Below the pieces are notes generated by a model. It made no database searches and was not told the origin of the DNA. It was given only the letters and a program-made list of their open reading frames with translations. Shown here piece by piece: positions 45,944-59,734 of a stretch of 64,000 nucleotides of DNA. The position numbers and the translations under genes were made by a program. How positions within the stretch are numbered: position 1 is the stretch's first letter; each line of letters starts with the position of its first letter. Location of the stretch: contig CM059432.1 of the NCBI GenBank assembly GCA_030390025.1, positions 121,212,001-121,276,000 on the forward strand. The letters run 5' to 3'. The DNA is from Squalus acanthias (lineage: Eukaryota).

Positions 45944-47364
45944 GGGCCGAAGTTTACTGCAGGCAGTATTCAGGTGGGCAGTGGAGGGGCTATCAGGCCG
46001 CCGCTCCACTCTCGTCGGTCTGTGCCCTGCACCATTTTGCCGGTCAGGATTCATTTAAATTTAATTGGCGGCTGCCCGTGCATTTCTGGCCATTTGGAAG
46101 GCGGCATTACCGGCTGGCTCGCACCCATCTGAAGAGTCAATGCGCTTCTTAAAGCAAGGAGTCATTCAACTTAATTCAATTCAGTGCTGCTACTGGGAAA
46201 ATTTTGCACAGCAGCATGAGCATCTTAGTACAGCAGTTGAGGTGCTAGTGGAGCAGGTGAGGGTATCCAGGCAGGTCTTGTTGCCCTTAGATGGGAGGAA
46301 GATGCACAGACACTGCAGCAGGCTGGGAGGGAGGTGTCAGATAATATCAATGCCATCACCCCCAGGACATGGGTTCACTGCCGCAAATGCTTTAATGACC
46401 ACACCTGGGCAGCAAAGTTGGGAATGAAAGACTTGCATTTATATAGTGCCTTCCATGACCATCAAACGTCATAAAGCACTTTTTGAAGTGTAGTCACTGT
46501 TGTAATGTAGGAAACACAACAGCCAATTTGCGCAGAGCAAGCTCCCACAAATAGCAATGTAATAATAACCAGATAATTTATTTTAGTGATGTTGATTGAG
46601 GGATAAATATTGGCCAGAACACAGGGGATAACTCCCCTGCTCTTCAAAATAGTGCAATGGGATCTTTTACATCCACATGAGAGAGCAGATGGTTTAATGT
46701 CTCATCTGAAAGACAGCACCTCCGACAACGCAGGACTCCCTTTGCACTGCAGTGTCAGCCTAGAAGTGGGACTTGAACCCACAACCTTCTGACTCAGAGG
46801 CAAAGGTGCTACCAACTGAGCCATGTCTTCCTATCTCTATTTACCTGCGTTACTCCTGGCAACAGAACTTCCACCAGCCACCCCCCCCCCCCACCCCACC
46901 CCCGCAACACGTGCTTCTCCATTAATCACCAACTCTCCTTCTCATTCCAATCTCACACTCACCCGTTGCTACTTCACAACAGGCACTAGCAGTATTCTAC
47001 TTTTAGCTGGAAGCAACTGCTAAGCATTTCACTCCTCGGTTGCCTGCTTTCTCATCCAGAAAGATGTGAAGAAATCCAGCCAGGTGAATTGTACACAGAT
47101 ACCAATGATCTGAGTGCTTGCAAATGAGTGCCCCTTTAAATACCATCTCCCATTGCTGTTTCTTATCTGTACCACAGTACTGGCTGGGTAGTGCGGCACG
47201 CTACTTTCGCCTTTACTTGTCAAAATGGCGTTGAAGTCCTATTGACATTATAGAACCTTGAGTTACATAGTTTAATGAGGCTCCCGCCCTCGTGAATGCC
47301 CCAAGCAAAATAGTAGAGGGTAGGATTGGAGTGCGGTTAAGTGAAGTACTCCAATTTTTGGGCC
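45944..47364. mobile_element. Highly degraded Harbinger derivative with a Myb exon 1 remnant, interrupted by a SINE
   Basis: AVEVLVEQVR...RTWVHCRKCFND-like sequence at 46230-46400; ggcc-type termini. Confidence 0.45.
46424..46822 (-). mobile_element. SacSINE1-like Deu-SINE
   Basis: Similar to 45112-45560. Confidence 0.8.
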
Positions 47365-48839
47365 ACTCCCAAGTGAAAGATAGTTGGGCAAATAAGTAAT
47401 CAAGATAAGCAAGCATAGATTGCAGAAAATAGCAAGAGAGCACGAGGGGAAAACAACTGAGGGGGGACATTTTCTGCTGTAGTGTGCTCTTGTGAGTTGT
47501 TGTAATCTATGTGTAACATTCCATTATGGCTGGGGGGGTGGGGGGGGGGTTCAAAAGATAAAACACAGCTTACTTATTCAATCTAATTTTATGAATGGCA
47601 GTAATAGTATGTTATTAAAATATTTAAAAGTGATAAAAAACAATAGTCTGCAATAAATGAATCATTCAGCATTCTAGGCACATTGACATCTGTTGGACAT
47701 TATACAAGGACATATATAAAAGTTACACAAGGTGCACGTTTTAGCAAGGATTATATCAGGATTAAAATTAAGGCTTTTTTGTAGACTGTACCCTGAAGAG
47801 CTACAATTGGTTATCATCTTGGAGTCTCAGCGCTGACCAAAGATATCAGGAAATTGCGGGCATGCTGTGCACAACTTTTTCCTTATTCGTTTTAATGATG
47901 GGAAAGGCATGGGTGGCGTGTCTGTGGTTTCCCGATATGGGTGGCCAGTGGGTGACCCCCTTGGTATGAACCAGTTTCAATGGCGGTGTTTTGTTAAGTT
48001 GGGGTAGAAAGAAACTCTGGGGTTTTGCTGAATATTGACACTGGAGGCCATTGCCCAGCTGTCCTGCAGTTTGAAATAAAGTATGAAGTGTGCTAATAAT
48101 TCATAACCCAGAAAAGGCACCTGAAGGGTTTGTTCTTACCTAAATTGTTAGACTGTTCTGGTTGCCAGGGCCAGCCAAGGCAAAACTTGGGTGTCACTTT
48201 TTCTTGTGTAAAGGGATTTATAAATCTTACTTCTTTTTATGATGATTTTGTGTCTTTCTATCAGCTTCCATGTTTCACATTAGTTTTTTTCAATTTGTTC
48301 TTGAGATGAGATTGATTGATAAAGAGTAAGATTTTTGTTGGGTAAGAGTATCAAGGAATATGGAGCAAAGGAGGGTAAATGGAGTGGAGGTACAGATCAG
48401 CCATGATCTAACTGAAAGGCAGAACAGGCTCGAGGGGCTGGATGGGCCACTCCTGTTCCTATGTTCCTATGTGGGTGACGCTGGCAAGGTTGCATTTGTT
48501 GCCCATCACTAGTTCTCCTGAGGAGGCAGTGATAGTGATCCCTCAATGTTGTTAGGTAGGGAAATCCAGGTCTTTGATAGGACTAGCAAAAGAAAATAAA
48601 CTATTGGAAGCTAAATATGCAAATGTGCAAAAGGAAGTGAAAGAAGAGAAAATAAAAGCAGGGAATTAGTGAAACCCAGAAGAATACAATAGATGAAAAT
48701 GATTCAAACCTGGAATAATTGGGGATTTGGTGACGTAGTAGGGTAGAACACCCGACTCTGGGAACTGTGCTTGAATCCAACCCAAACCGAAAAGAAGAAA
48801 GTTTTATGTCTCTCCTAGATGTAAGGGACCATAGTTAAA

Positions 48840-51800
48840 AAGGAGGAGGATAGTAAAGACCTCAGGAGGACATAGACAGACTGGAGAAATGGACAGACAC
48901 ATGGCAGATGAAATTTAAAGCAGAGAATTGCGAAGTGATGCATTTTGAAAGGAAAAATAAGAAGAGGCAATATAAATTAAATGGTACAATTTTAAAGGGG
49001 GTGCAGGAACAGAGAGACCTGGAGGTTCATATACACAAATCTTTGAAGGTAGCAGAACAAGTTGATAATGCTGCTAAAAAAAATAGCAGATGGGATCCTT
49101 GGCTTTATAAATAGAGGCATAGGGCTCGATTTTACCAGGCCCGAGGAGGCGGGTTTGGAGGCGTGTGAGGTGTCAAAATCACAAAAAAAATGGCGGGTGG
49201 GTCCGATCCCGCCTCCATCCTGCCTCTGAGCAATTTTTCCCACATTCGTGATTTCAGACCCCGTTTCCATCCCGCCTCCAAGAGGCGGGATAGGCCCTTA
49301 AGGCCCTTAACAACAAGTTAATTGCCTCTATAATCCCATTTTGAGAGGCCTTTCTGAATTGAACACATTTCCACCATCCTGCATGTCTCCTCTGGAACAC
49401 GTCATTTAATCCTGGCGGCCTCACAAGTGAATTGCTTACTAACAGCTGCAGTACCACCATTAAAAAGGAGTTTTCACCAATGATCATTTGCAGGTGGCAG
49501 AACTTTGTTGCCTCAGGTCTGGGGGAACTTTTAGCAGGCATACTCATTATTGTGGAGGTTTGGAGCCTGACCTCTAGTGTGACCTCCTGGGAAACCCCTC
49601 TCCCCACCTTGACTGAGCGCTTCCTCAACTGAGGTATATACCAGAAGCATGGGAACCATTTATTTCCTTTCCTCCTGGACATCAGTATCGGACGAAGACC
49701 AGCCGCGGCAGCAGCAGAACCCTGTACAAGAGCAGCACCAACAGCAGGAGCAACAACAGGAGCGCCAAGCTGCTGCTCACCCACCTGAAGCTACACAGGC
49801 CAGAAGGCGCCAGCGCGCGACCACATTGCTGTCCGGGATGTAAGGGACGCACTCATGTTGGCCAGATTTGATAGCCTGCACAATCAAACACTTTTGCCTC
49901 GCACCTTCTTACCAGAGCATCGACAATGGACAAGAACCTGCGAATTCCTATCACTCTGACCACCATAATGACAATTGCAAGTCACCCTAAGCCCTCAATG
50001 TGGAAGTCCCATTTGCGAAATGACAAAGGCCACAACTTCAACAGTTTCCCATCAAATCTGTTTATCATAACAATTCAAGGATGGCTTGCCAAATATCAAT
50101 GCAACAGAACACCCAAGTGACTACCCTTGTGACTACTTGTGCTTTATCTTCCTCTTACGTGTGCTCCTAAGTGGTGCTTCCCCTGTGGCTTCAGCAGATG
50201 TGGAGGCTCCTTGCTCACTTTCTTGCTGCTCCTGTCTCAACACCTTTGGCGGGCATCCTCTGGGGTTGCGAACCTGTGAAGGCTCGGCAACAGATTGCTG
50301 CTCCTGCGGCTGTGCAGGGGCTGAGGCGCCTATCTCAGTTGGGTGAGGACTCTGGTGGGGCACTGACCGAGGGCTTTACAGTGGCATGGTCGTGTGAGCG
50401 CTTGGAGAGGAGCCCCCATTTCCTTGTTGTCTGCCACCAACATCCCTCTCATGGGTCAGCCCCACTTCAGAGCTAGCAAGTGGCTTTCCAGCACCTTGCT
50501 GCACTTCAGGGGTGCCATGAGGACCCATTTCTGCACTGGAAGTCCTACTCCAGAGGACTTCCATGAAGGTCTGGTTTCGATGCTCAATAGCTGACCACCG
50601 CTCCTCAAGAGATGTCAGTCTATTCTGAGCAATGACCATGTTTTCAATACCCTGGCGACTAAGCTCCTCCATGGCCGTAGCCATCCTCTCCTCTACCGTA
50701 GACATCCTCTCCTCTACAGTAGTCAGCCTTACCACGGAGGTAGCCATCCTGTCCACGGAGGTTGCCATCCTTTCCGTGGTGATGCGTTCATGCACCAATG
50801 CCTCCACAAAGGCTCTGCTCATGTTAGCGATGGACTCCTCCAGTCACTCCACACTCGCAGCGACCCTGGAGACAAAACCTGCCAGAGACTCCTGCACCTG
50901 TTCCTGGAGTTCCAGCACTGCTCTCCTTCTAGATGGACCCGGAGGCACAGGGTCGACATGCAGCGGAGCCGAGCTGGGAGAGTCCTGCACCCTCTGACGA
51001 GGACTCTCCACTGTTATCCCTGTCTCCACCATCTGCTGATGCTCACTTGTGATCTGTGATACACCAGGTGACAACACTACTCTATCTCGCGAAGGTCCCA
51101 CTGAGGTGTGAGTGTCTGCGCTGGTGCTGGGTGCGCTGAATTCTGCTGATGCTGCGCCCTCAGAGGTTGCAGCTTCCTCTGAGGAGTCTTGAGGCTCAGG
51201 CTGTTGCTCCTGGACAGTGGGGACGGGGGCTCTCGATGGTCCTGTGGGGGAGTAAAGGAAAGACTTCGAGATGTGAGGTAAAGGTTGCATGCACATTGAA
51301 TTGTGCAGATGATCATAAGTCAATCTGTTAGAGCATCAGAATCATTATCAGTCGCTCATGCAATGTCAATGAGAGATGCAAAACTATTCTGTCACCAGCT
51401 TGCTGTGATGCGCACGTCTGTCCGTCCGCCACTTGCAAATCGTCCACCACTCCGGTGATCTCCAGGGCAGCCTCCTTCGAAGTGATGAGCTGGGCTACTG
51501 TGGGTGGGCCTCCTCCTGTCCTCGCTCTTTCCCTCTTATTGTGGGCTCTCTTTTCCTGCAATGAGGGACACAAGTGGAGTTTGAGTGAGAATGAAGGAGT
51601 GAGTGTAGAGAATCCATAGCATTGATGCTTAGAAGGACACAAAGGACCCTCCCTGTGTGTTGTAAGTTGTTGTGATTGCTTCACAGTGATAGGGAGTGTG
51701 AGGGCTGCATGGTTGAATAGTTAAGTGAATGTGACCATAGAGAGAGAGGGAATGGGTAAGGGTGCAGGGATGTAAGGGTCACGTGAGTTGTGGAGGAAGA

Positions 51801-52972
51801 GGTTGGCAAAGCAGAGTGCTGGTGATGAGAGGCGATGGGGATCAGATTGAGGGTGATGGGAATGTCATACTCACTTTTCCAGTGCGGAGATGGTCATGAA
51901 ACCTCTTCCTGCACTGCAGCCAGGTTCTGCTGCACAAAGAAATTGCGTTTACCTCTTGGGCCACTTGCAGCCACACAGCTTTAGTCTGCTGGGGAGGCTT
52001 TTTCCTCCCTGAGGAAGGGAAGAGCACCTCATTATTTGCTCTTGCTCCCTCCACCAGAGCTTGGAGGGAGGCGTCATCGAATCTTGGAGCACACTTTGGT
52101 CTACTGGTGGACATAATTGCTGAAGGAAGCGCTCAGAACAATGGGCATAAAGTTTAAAGGCTGAAAATGAAGCAAGGCTGATTGCAGGCCTTAAATCCAG
52201 CAGCATTGATGATGTCATCGGAGGCGACTTTCTGTATGAAAAGACTCATTGGGCCAGGGGTTTCCACACGCTGGAAATCAAGTGCCCAATTAGGGCAAAA
52301 TTGCACTTTTGTCCCACTTCACATCGGAGTCGGGGTCCTGACAGGATGACCATCTGACACGCCCCCAGCCCGCCCACAATGGCAAAATCGAACCCTTAGA
52401 GTACAAAAGCAAGGAAGTTATACTAAGTCTTTATAAATCACTAACTAGACCTCAGCTGGAGTATTGTGTCCAATTCTGAGCACCACACTTTAAAAAGGAC
52501 ATCAAGGCCTTGGAGAGGGTACAGAGGAGATTTCTTAGAATGATACCACAGATGAGGGGCTTCAGTTATCTGGAGAGACTAGAGAAGCTGAGATTGTTCT
52601 CTTTAGAGCAGAGAAGGTTAAAGTGAGATTTAATAGAGGTGTTCAAAATTAATAGGGGTTTTGATAGAGTAGATAGGGAGAAACTGTTTCCACTGGCAGG
52701 AAGGTCAGCAACCAGATTGGCAAAAAAGCCAGGGGGGAGATGAGGAGAATTTTTTTTTTACTCAGTGAGTTGTTATGATCTGGAATGCACTGCCTGAAAG
52801 CAGATTCAATAGTAACTTTCAAAACAGAATTGGATAAATAGCTATAAAGGAAAGATTTGAAGGGCTATGGGGAAAGAGCAGGGGAAGCAGAACTAATTGG
52901 ATAGTTCTTTCAGAGAGCCAGCACAGGGACGATGGGATGAATGGCCTCCTTCTGTGCTATATGATTCTATGA
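48840..52972 (+). mobile_element. CR1 3' part interrupted by a Harbinger derivative
   Basis: MKFKAENCEVMHF...; reads aatagaggcata|gagtacaaaagc across the insertion; tail tatgattctatg. Confidence 0.85.
49122..52395. mobile_element. Harbinger derivative with a 3-exon Myb gene (-, 50133-52114) and the transposase core deleted
   Basis: TIRs gggctcgattttacc / ggcaaaatcgaaccc; ATA/TTA flanks; CAPRFDDASLQALV..WLQVAQEVN..RTWLQCRKRFHD. Confidence 0.85.
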
Positions 52973-54032
52973 AGTAAGTATAGATAGTACCAGGTCAGTT
53001 TCTAGATAGTGTCAGAGTAGCACAAAACTGCCTATGACTCAGCACAAATTGGTATTAAATTGGAAATTTAACTCAAGGATTGTTGGTGTCAGAAATGGTA
53101 AACTTCACTCATGCTGTAGTGCACTGTGCATTCTGCTTGTTGGAAGTGCAGATTTCACACAAGACTCAGGCTTTGCAATTACACTGTACAAACATTGGTT
53201 TACAAATGCTTAAAACTTTCATATGAAATTCCTTTGTTCATTATTTTAACTGAGGTGCAAGCCCATTTAAAATTAACAAATTAATCCCTCTGGTACAATA
53301 ACAGTTGATGTCATTAAGCATTTGTACACTAATTTTCATAGTGTAATTTCCAGGATAGATTATGAGACCATTTCTAAAGCATGGCTCAAATTCGCAAAGA
53401 CAAGCAGAATGACCGTCAATAATTATTGACAAAGAAATTGATAACACAGATATCAGCAGGGAGTTGTTTTGTTCTCTCAGTCAATATACTTTGAATGAAG
53501 CACCATTTACTTACAGTGCTTTCTTCTTAATTGTATAAAAGCTTTAAGAATCAATTGATTTTTTTCCACCATATAACAAACATACTGCAAAATCAAACAG
53601 TACTGTGAATGAGATACCTTGCATATCCGAGTTCAAAATATAATCTGAGAGAAAGAAAGGGACAGTCCCAATATAATTCCACCAAATGTGCAGCGTTAGA
53701 CATATGCCCATAGATTAAATGGAGTCGACAAGTCCCTGGAACACTGCTGGATTAGCACAATACACCAGCCCAAAGAACGTGTACATAAAAGGCACTGGGG
53801 AGAAGAAAATTAGGCATTCTACAAATCCTAATTAGAACATGCTAGAAATCTATGACATGGTGTTCAGCATCTGAAAGAGAAAGATAGTTTAACATTTTGA
53901 GTGGGCGCTTTCATAAGGATTGGTGCAATTAGACTGAAAAAATCAAATAGGACATAGCTGAGATCATTTAGATGCTGAAGCCTTGATTATTAACAGATGT
54001 ATTGCCCATTTTCTGGCAGTTTCTGGGGGATA

Positions 54033-54775
54033 GAACACAAGACCATAAGAAATAGCAGCAGGAGTAGGTAATACAGCCCCTTGAGCCTGCTCTGCCATTC
54101 AATAAGATCATGGCTGAACTTCTACATCAATTCCACCTTCGCGCACTATCCCCATATCCCTCGATTCCCTTAGTGCCAAAAAATCCATCAATCTCAGTCT
54201 TGAATATACTCAACGACTGAGCATCCACAGCCCTCTGGGGTAGAGAATTCCAAAGATTCACAACCCTCTGAGTGAAAAAATTTCTCCTCATCTCAGTCCT
54301 AAATGGCCAACCCCTTATCCTGAGTCTGTGACCCCTAGTTCTAGACTCTCCAGCCAGGGGAAACAGCCTCTAAGCATCTACACTATCAAGCCCTCTATAA
54401 ATTTTATACGTTTCAATGAGATCACCTCATTCTTCTAAAATCCAGAGAATATAGGCACATTCCACTTAATCTCTCCTCATAGGACAATCCTCTCATCCCA
54501 GGAATCAATCTATTGAACCTTCATTGCACCCCATCCAAGGCAAGTATATCCTTCCTCAGGTATGGAGACCAAAACTGTGCACACTACTCCAGGTGTGGTC
54601 CTGCCAAAGACCTATATAATTGCAGTAAGACTTCCCTTACTCTTGTACTCCAACCCCCTTGCAATAAAGGCTAACATACCATTTGCCTTCCTTATTGCTT
54701 ACTGTACCTGCATGTTAACTTTCTGTGATTCCTATACAAGGACCCCCAATTCTCTCTGCATACCAACATTTACTA
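54033..54775 (-). mobile_element. CR1 3' fragment
   Basis: Reverse complement of the CR1 RT C-terminus and tail. Confidence 0.8.
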
Positions 54776-55287
54776 GTCTCGGAAATGGAGCAGCCAGCCT
54801 TTTCGTTGGCTTCCTGGCCTCCGCTTCCACTTCTGGAACTTTCCACCAGATATGATGATGAACGCCTAATGTGTCCACCCATAATTGGGCAAGCGTAATC
54901 AGAGGAAATGTTAACGGCAGGAATACATTATCCAATGTATCTCCCTTCATTAGCGCCTTAGCAATGCTGTGTCAGGAATACCATTGCGTTCCTGGTGTCC
55001 AATTTTGCTAAGACAGCAGAGAAGGTCGTTTAAATATTAAAAGGCCTCATTGTCTAATCAATAAAAATCATTTAAAACTTCCTCAATCAGCAGCACTGGG
55101 ATGTGGCAGGTGATGTAGTGATTTCCCTCCATACCTCCCCTGAGCTGGGCTCCTGATGGGACAGGCAATAGCACCAAGAAACCACCACAAATATGAAGAA
55201 TGACCCCCAACTCCAGAATATCTGCTGGGTTCAGAGCAGTGAGAGGCGAGTAGGCCGAGAGCCTGCACCACCCTTGATCTGGTGGGA

Positions 55288-55990
55288 ATAGGAACATAGG
55301 AACAGGAGTAGGCCATTTAGCCCCTCGGGCCTGTTCCGCCATTCAATGAGATCATGGCTGATCTGCGCCCTAACTCCATATACCCGCCTTTGCCCCATAT
55401 CCCTTGATACCTTTGGTTAACAAAAATCTATCAATCTCAGATTTAAAATTAACAATCAATCTAGCATCAATTGCCATTTGCAGAAGAGAGTTCCAAACTT
55501 CCACTACCCTTTGTGTGTAGAAGTGTTTCTTAATTTCACTCCTGAAAGGTCTGGCTCTAATTTTTAGACAATGCCCCCTAGTCCTAGACTCCCCAACCAG
55601 CGGAAATAGTTTATCTCCATCTACCCTATCTGTTCCCCTTAATATCTAGAAAACTTCGATCAAATCACCCCATAACCTTCTAAATTCCAGGGAATACAAC
55701 CCTAGTTTGTGTAATCTCTCCTCGTAATTTAACCCTTAGAGTCCGGGTACCATTCTGGTAAATCTACGCTGCACTCCCTCCAAGGCAAATATATCCTTCC
55801 TAAAGTATGGGGCTCAGAACTGCTCACAGTATTCCAGGTGTGGTCTAACCAAGGTTTTGTATAGCTGCAGCATAACATCTACCCCCTTCTATTCTAGTCT
55901 TCTAGAAATAAAGCCCAGCATTCCATTTGCCTTTTGATTATTTTCTGTACCTGTCCTTGATATTTTAATGATCTGTGTACATGGACCCCT
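55288..55990 (-). mobile_element. CR1 3' fragment
   Basis: taggaacataggaacaggagtaggcc tail plus RT C-terminus. Confidence 0.8.
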
Positions 55991-57133
55991 GTGTCCTGTC
56001 ATATAGGAAACTCCAGGCCTTAACCTTCTATAAAAAGGCTCTTCCTCCAGCCTGACCATAGCCATTCCAGTGAAGGTTTATACCTAAAACTTTAGACTAC
56101 TTATTTTTCTCTTTCAGATACTGATTGACCTGCAATGCATGCCAATATTTCTGTTTTTACTACACAAAATACATGCTGCAATTTAAAAAAAAATGAATGT
56201 GAAAAAAACAGTATTTAAAATATGATATGTGCCTGGACTGGAGTCTAGACGATAACTAACCAGCAGAATAGTATTTCCAGCATTGTGACTTATGCAAACT
56301 GAAAATGACACACTAGAAAGATAAGAGGTCTCTGTAGAAATAAATAAGGTGAAAATGTTGGATTTGAAAAATCATACTATTCTTACTTAAAAGGGCTAGG
56401 TATGTATAGATAACAGGGAACTCACCCTATCTCCATGGCAAATATTGAAATATGCTGCAATAAATGCTTAAAAGAATTAAAGTCGTCTGGGATTTGATTT
56501 GATTGTGCTTGTCTTTCTAAAATCTTTAATCTAGGGCTTGGAAGTTAGTCAAAGAAAGTGTAACAGTGCTTACCACATAAAATATTTAAACAGTCTCAGT
56601 ACAAAGGACTATTTTTATATTGATGAAAAATCATCAATATGTATTTCATGTGTCTCTTGTTACTATTTAGAACAGGATACCATCTCATCAGAGTTGGCTG
56701 CAAAGAAGTATCGACTTGCACAGAAATTAAAGGATTCTCTATATCTCTCTGCAGGACCAACATCAAGAAAATGCTGGAAGGAAGTGAAACTAGAGGCTGG
56801 CTCTACAACCACAATAAGGTCAGTAACAGTGTGATTTACTGGCACTGTGAACAGAGGTCTTTGAAACCTTTGGGAAGATATGGACAGGCTAATAGTTGAG
56901 CCAACACTGTTTTGGATGGTCAAGTAAACTTGGGGCTCCTTGAGATTTGGCTGTTACCAGCCTGTGCCTAAATTCACCCAGAATGCCTAAGTGGGCTGTG
57001 TCCCTTTGGGGGAAAAGAATATGCAATCTTTAATACAAAAGCAAAATACTGCGGATGCTGGAAATCTGAAATAAAAACAGAAAATGCTGGAAATACTCAG
57101 CAGGTCAGGCAGCATCTGTGGAGAGAGAAACAG

Positions 57134-57170
57134 AGTTAACGTTTCAGGTCGCTGACCCTTCATCAGAACT
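57134..57170 (-). ncRNA. Minimal type I hammerhead ribozyme motif
   Basis: agtt-CTGATGA-agggtcagcgacct-GAAACGTT-aact: conserved core boxes, stem I agtt/aact, stem II, palindromic ACGT stem III. Confidence 0.65.
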
Positions 57171-57524
57171 GGAAAAAGTTGGAGATGGAACAGGTTTTTA
57201 AGCAAGTGCAGGGGCAGGGAAAGGGGGGAGGGGAGGAAAGAACAAAAGGGAAGGTCTGTGATAGGATGGAAGGCAGGAGAGATTAAGAGACAAAAGGGAT
57301 GATGGTGCAAGGCAAAAGGAGATGGTAATGGAACAAGTTAAGAAACTAAAGATGACTCTAGATGAAGTGTAAATGGCAATGGCAAAAACATCAACAGCTG
57401 CCATGTGAGAGAGAAAAAAAAAGATAGGGGCAGAGGTTATGGTCTGAAATTGTTGAACTCGATGTTGAGTCCAGAAGGCTGTAAAGTGCCCAATCGAAAG
57501 ATGAGGTGCTGTTCCTCGAGCTTA

Positions 57525-58404
57525 GGATGAGGTGGAGGGCTGTTGTAGGCTGCAAAGAGACATTGATAGGATGCAGAGCTGGGCCGAAAAATAGCAGATG
57601 AAATTTAACCCTGATAAGTGCGAGGTGATTCATTTTGGTAGGGCAAATTTGAATAAGGATTACAGGGTCAACGGCAGGGTTCTGAGGAATGTGGAGGAAC
57701 AGAGGGATCTGGGGGTTCATATCCACAGATCTCTGAAGGTTGCCACTCAAGTGGATAGAGCAGTAAAGAAGTCCTATAGTGTGTTAGCGTTTATTAACAA
57801 GGGGTTTGAGTTTAAGAACCATGAGGTTATGCTGCAACTGTACAGGACCTTGGTGAGACCACATTTGGAATATTGTGTGCAGTTCTGGTCACCTCACTAT
57901 AGGAAGGACGTGGAAGCATTGGAAAGAGTGCAAAGGAGATTTACCAGGATGCTGCCTGGTTTGGGGGGGAGGTCTTATGAGGAAAGATTGAGGGAACTAG
58001 GGCTTTTCCATTTAGAGCGGAGGAGGATGAGAGGCGACTTAATAGAGGTTTATAAGATGATGAGGGGGATAGATAGAGTGGATGTTCAGAGACTATTTCC
58101 TCGGGTGGATGTAGCTGTTACAAGGGGGCATAACTATAAGGTGCATGGGGGGAGATATAGAAGGGATGTCCGAGGTAGATTCTTTACTCAGAGAGTGGTT
58201 GGAGTGTGGAATGGACTGCCTGCTGTGATAGTGGAGTCGGACACTTTAGGAACTTTCAAGCGGTTATTGGATAAGCACATGGAGCACACCAGAATGATAG
58301 GGAGTGGGATAGCTTGATCTTGGTTTCGGACAATGCTCGGCACAACATCGAGGGCCGAAGGGTCTGTACTGTGCTGTACTGTTCTATGTTCTATGTTCTA
58401 TGTT
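57525..58404 (+). mobile_element. 5'-truncated CR1 with an open RT C-terminus (57598-58317)
   Basis: 239 aa ORF; (gttctat)n tail; CTTA duplicated at both junctions. Confidence 0.9.
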
Positions 58405-59734
58405 CTTACATTGAGCTTCATTGGAACAGTGTAGGAGGCCAAGGACGGAGAGGTCAGAGTGGGAGTGGAGCGGAGATTTAAAGTGACAGGCGACCGGAAG
58501 CTCGGGGTCACCCTTAACGGACTGAACGGAGGTGTTCTGCAAAGCAGTCACCCAATCTACGTTTGGTCTCCCCAATGTAGAGGAGACCACATCGTGAGCA
58601 ACAAATACAGTATACTAAATTGCAAGAAGTACAAGTAAATCGCTGTTTCACCTGGAAGGGGTGTTTGGGGCCCTGGACGGTGGGAAGGGAGGACAATCTT
58701 TAATCCTGTGAATACAAGCTCCATTTTTTGTGGATTTCACTGCACTTTGATTCAGAGATTCTCGAGAATGATGACTGGTTCCTAAGCATGAAGGCCAGGT
58801 GACCTCCCCAAAAATGATTTTATATTGAAGGTTGCCCTCACATTAGAAATAAGTTTAATTGCCTGCAGTGCAACAGGATGCAAACAGTTTTAGCTTTATT
58901 TTGTGGGATGATAGTCTGCGAAGAAGCAGGTTTGGAAAAGGACCAAACTATTGGTATTTACTAGAAGGGCTCTATTCTCCATGCAAAATTACGAGGTACA
59001 ACGTGGTGACATCTCTTTGGGTTCTCAAAACAAGTGGTTTCCACACTTGCAGTGGTTCAAGAAGGCGGCTCACCACCACCTTCTCAAGGGCAATTAGGGA
59101 TGGGCAATAAATGCTGGCCTTGCCAGTGATGCCCACATCCCATAAAAACGAATAAAAAAAACCACTAGGAGGCATCATTTTAGCAGGCTTTATATAAAAT
59201 AATGCAACAAATAATAAAAATTTCAGTAGTGACTTTCATTTTATTTCTATCAACTGTGGAATCTGAGTCATAAAAACTATAGCAAATACCTGCTGTTGGA
59301 TTTTTTTTTAAGTCATAGAATTCATCACTGCAATATATTTACAGTTGCTTTGACAAATCTAACTAGCACAAAGAACTTGAGGCACATTATTGTACAGATC
59401 CAGCATTCTTTTCCATAACTGCATTCTTTAATTGCAGTCTGGACAAAAGCTGATAGTACAGTCATGTCTTATACTCAAGGTCTCAAACTTTTCATTGGCA
59501 AATCTTGTACACATTGGTTAAACTGTATGCCCACCATAGAAGAATTGGTATGCAAGAGCTTGGCAAACTATGTTGGCAATGGTGGTATCACAACTCTATT
59601 TAAGCATACTAGATAGGTACAGCAGTATCTTCTGATGTTTATTAGCAATAATGAGAGAGAGTGTCAAAAGTGGTGGGGAGCCGCAAGATCATGAAACTGG
59701 CATTTTTTTCCCTTTACAATGATACTCCAAGTAT

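Larger units (their letters stand above)
57035..58695 (-). mobile_element. Penelope-like element 3' part (GIY-YIG endonuclease), interrupted by a CR1
   Basis: NLVYCICCSRCGLLYIGETKRRLGDCFAEH; homologous to 61636-62410. Confidence 0.85.
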
